64,000 nucleotides of DNA from the human T2T-CHM13v2.0 reference genome, Homo sapiens: NCBI RefSeq assembly GCF_009914755.1, contig NC_060925.1; one strand, written 5' to 3'. Below, in pieces: positions 55,540-64,000 of this stretch; the stretch's first letter is position 1, and every line of letters starts with the position of its first letter. The notes under the pieces were generated by a model that saw only the letters and a list, made by a program, of their open reading frames with translations, searched no databases and was not told the origin of the DNA. The position numbers and the translations under genes were made by a program.

Positions 55540-58500
55540 TTAGCTCACCACATGACTATGTGGACACAAGTTGTACTAAATAAATGTCGTAATTATGATG
55601 TTTGTAATTATTATCAGCAGTAGCATCTAAGTTGCTACCAAACATTTCTAACACATTTAGAAAGTGTTAGGGCATGTATTCACTAGCTCTCAATTATAAG
55701 ATTTTCCTGGAAGAAGAGAAGCAAAAACACTTTCAAGTTTCCTGTGGAAGACATGTTTTAAATTTTAAATTATTATTATTGATACATCACAAAATACTGA
55801 AACTTTTAAATAAGGTTTTGGTGGGAGTTTAGGCTTAATCTAATATGCAATATACATGAAAAACTGAGGGCAAACATGGCACTTCATGTCCAGACAGCTG
55901 GTTCATAAAAAGGAAAAATAAAGAAAAAGGAAGAAATGTTTGAAATTTAAGTTGGTTTTATCGTTGTTGATCATCATCACAATTGTACAAATAACTTTCA
56001 TATATAGGCCCGGCTTTGGAATGAAAGTCACTAGGGAGGTTTTATATTTTATAGTGTTGTTCTGTTCCTAGGAGGATGCTGTGACCCCTCAATGGATATG
56101 CTAATCATCACATCAGAAGCACAACTAGCTTCAAATGGAAACCAGATTGCACTTGGTCACTGACGAAGCAGGAGATTAAACAAGCTACACTGTGTCTCTG
56201 GGAGAACAAAAAGCCAAAAGGCACATTTATCACCTCTGAATCACAGTAAGTCCTGCCTTCAAACAAGATTTTCTTCCCCATGCCCATTTTAAATAGTCAA
56301 TTAGTAGGTGACAGGGAGGAGCCGAGAAAGGAGGGCCTGGGAATATTTAAAGTCCTGTAATGAGTCATCCCATAATAATATAAATGCATTGCAATGTGTA
56401 GAGTGATTTAAAGTTGAAACAAAATCTACCATAAATAAAGTTGGATTTTGGAAGTAGGTAGAGCTAGTTATATGCATAGAAGAAAGGAACAGTCACCTAC
56501 TTAGGGGAATTTGAGAGACATCAAAAAATTCAACATTTTTCTATCTATAATACAAATCACTCTACCAAAGGGAGCATTTGTCATTTCTATCAGGTTACTG
56601 TTAATAAGCAAAAGCTTAACCTAAGTAGAAAAACTTAGAAGTCAGTAGAACATCAAAATATTTACTAATCCATTTACTGATTTGGCAAATATTTTTAATG
56701 CCTACCATTCTAGGGTCAAGGAGTAAAGAGGTGAATAGAATACAGTCCCTATTCTCATGGAATTTACTAGTGACCGTAAACAAATATATCATGTGTCAGT
56801 GGGTGATGGGTAAAATGAAGAAAAATAAACAGGTTAAGGATGATAATGATGGTGATGGGGGGAGTACAATTTCATACTGGATGGTTAAAGAAGGCCTCTC
56901 AGAAAGGAGACACTGGAGACTTGAAGAAGGTGAGGAATGAGCCATGTAAATATATCTGGCGAAAAAAAGATCCAGGCAGGGAACAACAATGCCAAACCCC
57001 TGGAGCAGGGCTACCCTTAGACTGTTCTATATATATAGGAAGCTGGCTGTTGTGATTGGAGTCAAGCAAGGGAAAGGGGTGGGAGAATAGGTTCATAAAG
57101 GTGCTGGGGCCAGAGAAGGGCAGAAAGATTCTATAGAACATTCAGGCCTTGTAAGTTATTTAGCTTTTGCTCTCAATGGAAACTGATTTGATGGTTTTGA
57201 GGAGAGTAATGAGGTGGCATTTTAAAAGGATTATTCTGGTAGCTGTATGGAAGATAGGAAGGGGAAGCCGGGAGACTAAAGAGACAGCTACTGCAGTAAT
57301 CACATTCAGAGGTGATCCTGGCTCAGAGAAAGGAAAGTGCCCTTGAGGTGATAAGAAGTAGTTGTATTCATGATCTATTTTTCCAGATAGACCTGAAAGA
57401 TTTGTTTATGGCCTAAGGCACATAGAATAATCAAAGATGAGCATAAGGTTTTTGGTTCAAGCAACTGAAAAACGATGGAGTCATCATACCAAGATGGGAA
57501 AACTGGGGAGGAGGTAAAACTGGGGGAGCAAGAGGAAGCTGGGATCAAGACTATGGATTTGAACATGTTACATTTGAGATGCCTAATAGATACCCAAATG
57601 AAAAAACCAAGTAGCCAGTTGTATGTATGGAGTTGCAGAGAGGTTGAAGGTGAAAGTATAAACTTGGGAATCGTCAGCTTTTAGAGGATATTTAAAGCTA
57701 CGGCATTGGTTGAAGTTATGTAGAAACTAAAATAAAGAAGGTGAGAGTCTAATACTGAGACAAAATTTAGAAGTTGGAAACATGAGGAGGAACCAGCAAA
57801 GGCGAAACTAAGAAAAAGTAGGCAGAAGTTACGCACAAGAATAATCAGGAATGAATGGAACAGTGTCCTGAAAACCAAGTAAAAAACTTACCAAAAAAAA
57901 AAAAAAAAAAAGAGGAAGTAACTGTCAATGCTGCTGATCTGTCAGGTACATTAAGGATCCAGAATTTAACATTTGATTTGACAATTGTGTAAAGTCATTT
58001 ACCACCTTGACAAAGGAAGTTTCTGTGGAGAGATATGAAGCTAGTATGATTGGAATAGCTTAAGGGAGAATTAGAGAGGAAAAACCAGAGACAGAGATTA
58101 TGGACAACTCCTTTAAATAGTTTTATTGTAATAAAAAGAAGAGAAATGTGATGGTAATTGGAGAGAGATAGGATTCAAGGCAAGGATTGCTAAAATAAAA
58201 TAAAAATTGTTTCAGCCAATTTATTTCTTGGTGGGGATCCAGGAAAGTGAGAGGAAGGAAAATGAAAAAAAGGCAGACAATTGCAGGAGCTTATGTCCTT
58301 TATTATGAGGGGTTGGGGCCCCGTGGACAATTTAAAATGATGATTGCTTTAAATAAGAGCCCTGAGAATAGTTCTTAATCATATTAATTGATTGGATCAG
58401 CAGCCTTTCTGAGTACTAATGATAATATGGTTTTATTGAGCACTCCCAGTGTACCAGGCACTGTCTTAATCACTTTATATATGCTTTGACTTGTCCTCAA

Positions 58501-58770
58501 AACAACTGTATGAATTAAATTGAGTCTACAACTTATTCCTTTATTTAATCATTGAACAAATAATTAATAAGAGCCTACTGGGTTCCAAGCATTGGATTGG
58601 CTGTTGGGGAATAAAAAGTGAACAGCAAAATTATTAGGTAAGAGTTGTGGAATGTTCATTATGTACCAAACCTTATACAAATAACTCTGTATTTATAGTC
58701 CAAATAACTCTGTATTTATAGTCTCATATACTTCTCACACCAACTCTAGGAGGTTTGTTTTATCGTTTTA

Positions 58771-59104
<334 letters not shown>

Positions 59105-59458
59105 GAGAAAGAAAGAAAAGTTAAAAACACCAAGGGGAACACATCGATGATTCAAACTCTGGCTATGTGGTTCCACTCTGTTACTTGCACATTCCCTGCC
59201 TTCTACACAAGGTCATCCTTTCCATTTGCATTGTATAGAGAGGCAAAAATCATGTTAACAAAAAAAAGGAAAGAAAGAGAGAGAGAGAAGGAAAGGAATT
59301 GCAAAATGTGTCAAGTACAGAAAAATTCCAACTAGATGCAAATGCTGACAAGAATTTAGAGAAAAAAGACAGAGAGCATCTATTGGATTTGGCTACATAG
59401 AACTCACTAACAAACACGAAAAAGTTCTTTAGGAAGTAATAGTAGAATATGGATTGGA

Positions 59459-59646
59459 GAAAATTCTTCTAAATATGGTTTTCCTCCCTCCAGATAATTT
59501 CAAAAACAGTATTTTGGTTATTTTAGCTTATGCCCAACATTCACTATCAGGATACTGGCTAATCCTTGGCCATTATCACTCATCTCTCATTTTGCCCTTT
59601 CAGTTCCACCCACTCCTCATCATTCTCCTCAGCAATCCTGTCAAAA
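59459..59646 (+). repeat. Direct copy of 61004-61191 (188 bp)
   Basis: Ungapped alignment, ~14 mismatches by hand count; flanked by perfect 26-bp direct repeat. Confidence 0.93.
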
Positions 59647-60129
59647 GTAATAGTAGAATATGGATTGGAGGGGGTGGAAGAGTACATGAGAGGTGGGGAG
59701 AGGAAGGATGTGATTATGAAAGGGAGCTGAGAAACGAGGAGAGACGTGTTTGCAAGTGAGGTCTTTTTCAACATAGGAGATATTAAGGCCTGTCTTCATG
59801 CTAATAGAAAAGACCCAGTAGAGAGGAGCAGTGTCTGTCGTAGAAAATATTGAAAGAACACTGTGCATTCCTAGAGAAAGCGAGAGAAAATAGGGTCTGT
59901 AACTCAAATGCAGAGAATAGCCATTAACACAAGAGGAACACTGCCTCTGTATTGTAAGGCAAAGAAGTAGAAAACAGGTGCACATGTGCATTGGTTTGTA
60001 AATTTGATAATGGGAAGGAAGACAAAGAAATTTGCTGATAAAAACAAAGCCAGAGTCTGAAGCCAGGTCTCTCTACAACAAAGCATCATGGCCACTGAAT
60101 TGACAAAACAGCCTTAAAAACAATTTTCT

Positions 60130-60340
60130 CAGCCTGGCCAACATGGCGAAACCCCATATCTAGTAAAAATGCGAAAATTAGCAGGGCGTGGTGGCGCCTG
60201 CCTGTAATCTCAGCTACTCAGGAGGCTGAGGCAGGAGAATCGCTTGAACCTGGGAAGAGGTGGTTGCAATGAGCCAAGATCACGCCACTGCACTCCAGCC
60301 TGGATGACAGAATGAGACTCCATCTCAAACAAAACAAAAC
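60130..60340 (+). mobile_element. 5'-truncated Alu
   Basis: Starts at CAGCCTGGCCAACATGG; degenerate TSD ACAA(T/C)T(T/G)TTCTCAGC. Confidence 0.88.
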
Positions 60341-62059
60341 ACAACTGTTCTCAGCTGCTGAGCAGTCTCTGCAGAAACTCATTATTTTCTGAGAGCAAAA
60401 ATGGCCATAACTCTGCCTCAGCCTGGCTAGAGACATTTCTGCTTGTTCCTCCCTCTCAACAGGGTCACTGCTCAGATACTTCAGGAAAGAACAGAAAGAA
60501 GATAGCTTTCTTTATTCTGAGAAAAAGGGCAAGCAGGCAGATTCCTTCCCCACCATTTGTGGGAGAAGAACCTGTCCCACTTGGTTGAAATATTTGAAAT
60601 ATTTACCCTTACTGGACTTTAAGCTGTCAGTGAATGTTGCTCCTGTCAAATTTAGAAACGGTTTCAGAGAACCATTTATCTGAAATGCCAGTTGTTACAA
60701 CGCTTTTCTCCTTTCCAGCCTCCCTCCACCTAACTTCCCCTCTTATTTCTCCACCTTATTCCTGACTGGTCCTCCCAGTCTTTACTAAAGCAAGATCAAA
60801 GCCTTTCTCTTCCGCCTACTCTCTTTCCTTCTCTTTGCCACCTATATTTTCTAATCTTTCTCTGTCAAGAAGTAGCATTCTTCCCATCCGAATCTTCAGG
60901 CTAAAATCCCATATTCCACATGGTAGTATTTGACATATGCCACATTTTGTTTTACAGAATGGTTTCTATGACGATCACAGAAAAGTCTTAAATTTAATTG
61001 TTTGAAAATCCATCTACATGTGGTTTTCCTCCCTCCAGACAACTTCAAAAACAGTATTTTGGTTATTTTAGCTTATGCCCAACATTCACTATCAGGATCC
61101 TGGCTTATCCTTGGCCATTATCATTCATCTCTCATTTTGCTCAGTCAATTCCACCCACTCCTCATCATTCTCCTCAGTAATCCTGTCAAAAAATCAATTT
61201 GCTGCTTCCTCTGCTATTAAAGTGGATTATCCAGTAATTATTTCCTTTTAAGGAAGAGAAATGAGGGTGGAAATAAGCTTGCCTCTGTTGATCCCTAACA
61301 TAGGCATGACTGAATTTCTAGTGCAGGTACTGTACCACTTTAGATAATTTGCAGAGACTGCTGCACTTTAGTCAAGCCTTATTAAAATGGAAATCCTTGT
61401 TATAATTCAAGGGCACTTGCTGAATGGTACATTAACGTGTTCACTGAAAGCATTTGCTTTCAGGTAATATGTAATTACTAACATGACTATAATAAATGCT
61501 ATTGAAGGGGAAGTCCTGTGTATGCCCAAGGCTAGGCCAGGGACAAAGAAATCCAGTAATCAGTAAGGATTATTAGCCCATAGGGAACTCAAAATTTTAA
61601 ATAATAAAGCAATTTAGTTAGGGCTGTGGCTGCCATGGATTTAGTCCACCTAGGAGAAGAGAGGGTAAAGATATTATCAATATTTGGAAGTTATACCCTA
61701 AAACTTGAAATTCAGGACTGCCTCCTGAAAAAAATTAAACTGAAAATAACTCTGAGAGGTGGAAGTTGTTCCTAAAAATATCAGGCACTGTCCTGGGCAA
61801 TGACTTGTAAATAGGAAGCTGAAATTGTCCTTGAATCAGAGTGCAGCTCTGGTTGGGATCTCTCAGTATTTAAACCTGTGGCATTGACAACCATATTAAG
61901 ATATCTAAGGAAGAGAACAAAAAGAAAAGGAATAATACAGCTACCTGATCCTCATGCATTCTGTCACACTGTAACTCCAGAGATTGACCCAAAGGACTTC
62001 AAGAGTTCCATTTCTGGGTGTAAGTTCTTTGTAGAGAGCATTGATTCACACTAGTGACT

Positions 62060-63085
62060 GTTTTCACAGTTACATTTTGATAAAATTTCCAACTGACAGA
62101 AAAGCTGCAAGAATAGTACAAAGAATTCCTGTTTACTCTTAACCCAAATGTTAATGTTAATATTTTACATTTGCTTTATCATCTTTCTTTCTCAGTATAT
62201 GTGTATAATTTTGTTTAACTATTTGATCGTAAGTTGAGACGTAATGCCCTTTTACTTCTAAATACTTCAGAGTATATTTCTTATCTAGCCATGTCACAAT
62301 TATCAAAATCAAAAAATTAACATTGGTTCAATACTGTCACCTTTTTTCCACAGACTTTATTCAGATTTCACTAATGTCCCATTAATGTCCTTTATAATAA
62401 TAACACAAATCCCAGCTCAAGCATTGATTCCATTGTCATGTCTCTTTAGCTTCCTTTTATCTGAAACTGTTCCTCAGTCCTTCATGGCAGTGACATTTAA
62501 ATCATACACATCACTTGTTTTATGAATGACCCACAATTTGGATTTGTCAGATGTTTGTGATTAGGTTACCTTTAAGCATGTTTTGAAGAATATCGCAGAG
62601 TGATGTTCCTATCTTTCTAGTGCATCATATCAGGAGCTACTCATGTTGATTTGCCCTATTATTGGTGATGTCAACTTTAATCACTGTGTTAAGGTATTTT
62701 CTGCCAGGTTTCTCCACTGTAAAATTACTATTTTCTCCTTTGTAATTAATACAAATTTGATGGGGAGCTAATTTGATAATATGGAACTATCCTATTATTT
62801 CTCAAACTTTTACACATTAATGGTAGCATTTATCAGTGATTTCTGCCTGAGTTAATCACTATTATCATGGCTGCCAAATGGTCATTTCCCCCATTCCACT
62901 GTCATTTGTTGTCAGCTTTCTACTATAAGGAAAACCTTTCCCTCCTCTCCTTTGATTTTATTTACTTACATATCAGTATCAATTCATTCTATTGATCATA
63001 ATTCATACATATAAATACAATGGATTATAATTTTGCTATCATTATTTATTTCAATGCTCAAATTTGAAACAGATTTAGCCATAAC
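62060..63085 (-). mobile_element. Old L1M (L1MC/ME-like) 3'UTR fragment
   Basis: ACAGAAAAGCTGCAAGAATAGTACAAAGAATTCC..TCTGCCAGGTTTCTCCACTGTAAAATTACTATTTT typical antisense L1M 3' end. Confidence 0.75.
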
Positions 63086-64000
63086 GCAGTGATTTTTTTG
63101 AAATTCAGATTTCCGACTTTTATTGAAAAGTCAGTGCTCTGGCAAAACTGGGGCAATAATGCTTTGGATCAGAGTGACTGAGAGAACCTCAAAGAGGCCT
63201 GACTTCTCCAGTTTCCAAATTCCCCTCCGGGTTGAATTTACCCATTTACATTACCTAAGCTAGATTGATGCCTCTTATTCTATATGACAGAGATACCCTT
63301 CATAAATTGATGGAAATTATTTTTATTTTGGCTTTAATCTCACCAAAGGAAATTTCTAATTATGATTCCTGTATAGATAACTACACGAAGAACATGAGCT
63401 GACTATGAAGGTTGTTAGCTTCTCCCTTCTCCTGCTGTTTTCTTACAGTAAATTATTAAATTGGTATTTTGATATCTACTTAAGTTTTGTTTGGATTTTA
63501 GCTATTGCTACTTAGTCTCTCAAGACCCTTTTAGACATGGACATCAACTAGAGTATGTCGTGGGCCTTCAAAGGAAAGGCCAAGTTCCATAGCAGCTAGT
63601 CAAGATACTACCTGGCCTTCTCTGCTTTAGTCAGAATCTTGTTAGACCACTGGCACACTTTTATCCTCAAATGTTTACAGAGACTGAAGAGTAAATTACA
63701 AAGCAAGAGTAGTTGTTTGAGGAGGGAGGATGTTTATATGGTGGGTTAACATTGATAGAAAAGATGGTACAAATGGAAGCTGGTGACTTGTTACCTTAAG
63801 CAAACAACTTGCTTAGGAAAGAGAAGAGAAAACAAGGACATTAGAGAAGAGAATCACAGAAGACTGACTAGAAACAGTGAAATGATCAGAAAGGTCTGAT
63901 CAAAAAAGTGGAAGAGGAAAAAAAAAAAACACCTAAGGAGAGGGTAAGGTAAGTCCCAAGCAAACCACCTAGGTTTCTTATTGTGGTATAAGTTGTATCT

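Noticed and set aside
59454-61220. Two paralogous small ORFs sharing VFLPPDNFKNSILVILAYAQHSLSG as a small gene family
   Set aside because: The similarity comes from the 188-bp DNA duplication; non-ATG starts and no gene structure.

Overview
Primate (almost certainly human) genomic DNA, AT-rich and repeat-rich. It contains one intact protein-coding gene, RGS2 (+ strand, 5 coding exons at 18142-20666, 211 aa), with a CpG-island promoter (CRE, CCAAT, GC boxes, TATA-like CATAAAT) and an AATAAA at 21316. About 8 kb upstream is a nested pair of dead retrocopies: a near full-length ITGB1BP1 (ICAP-1alpha) processed pseudogene sits, with a degenerate target-site duplication (TSD), inside an older and much more diverged CTAGE/MIA2-like processed pseudogene. 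The rest is Alu, L1, L2, MIR, LTR and DNA-transposon debris. Other structural oddities are a ~75-bp polyadenylated LTR12(ERV9) R-region retrocopy with a 16-bp TSD, a 188-bp locally templated insertion flanked by a perfect 26-bp duplication, a ~130-bp inverted local duplication, an LTR7 nested in another LTR inside an L2, and a collapsed inverted-Alu junction. I found no convincing novel gene system. Family names and homologies were recognised by eye or from memory, and repeat boundaries are approximate.
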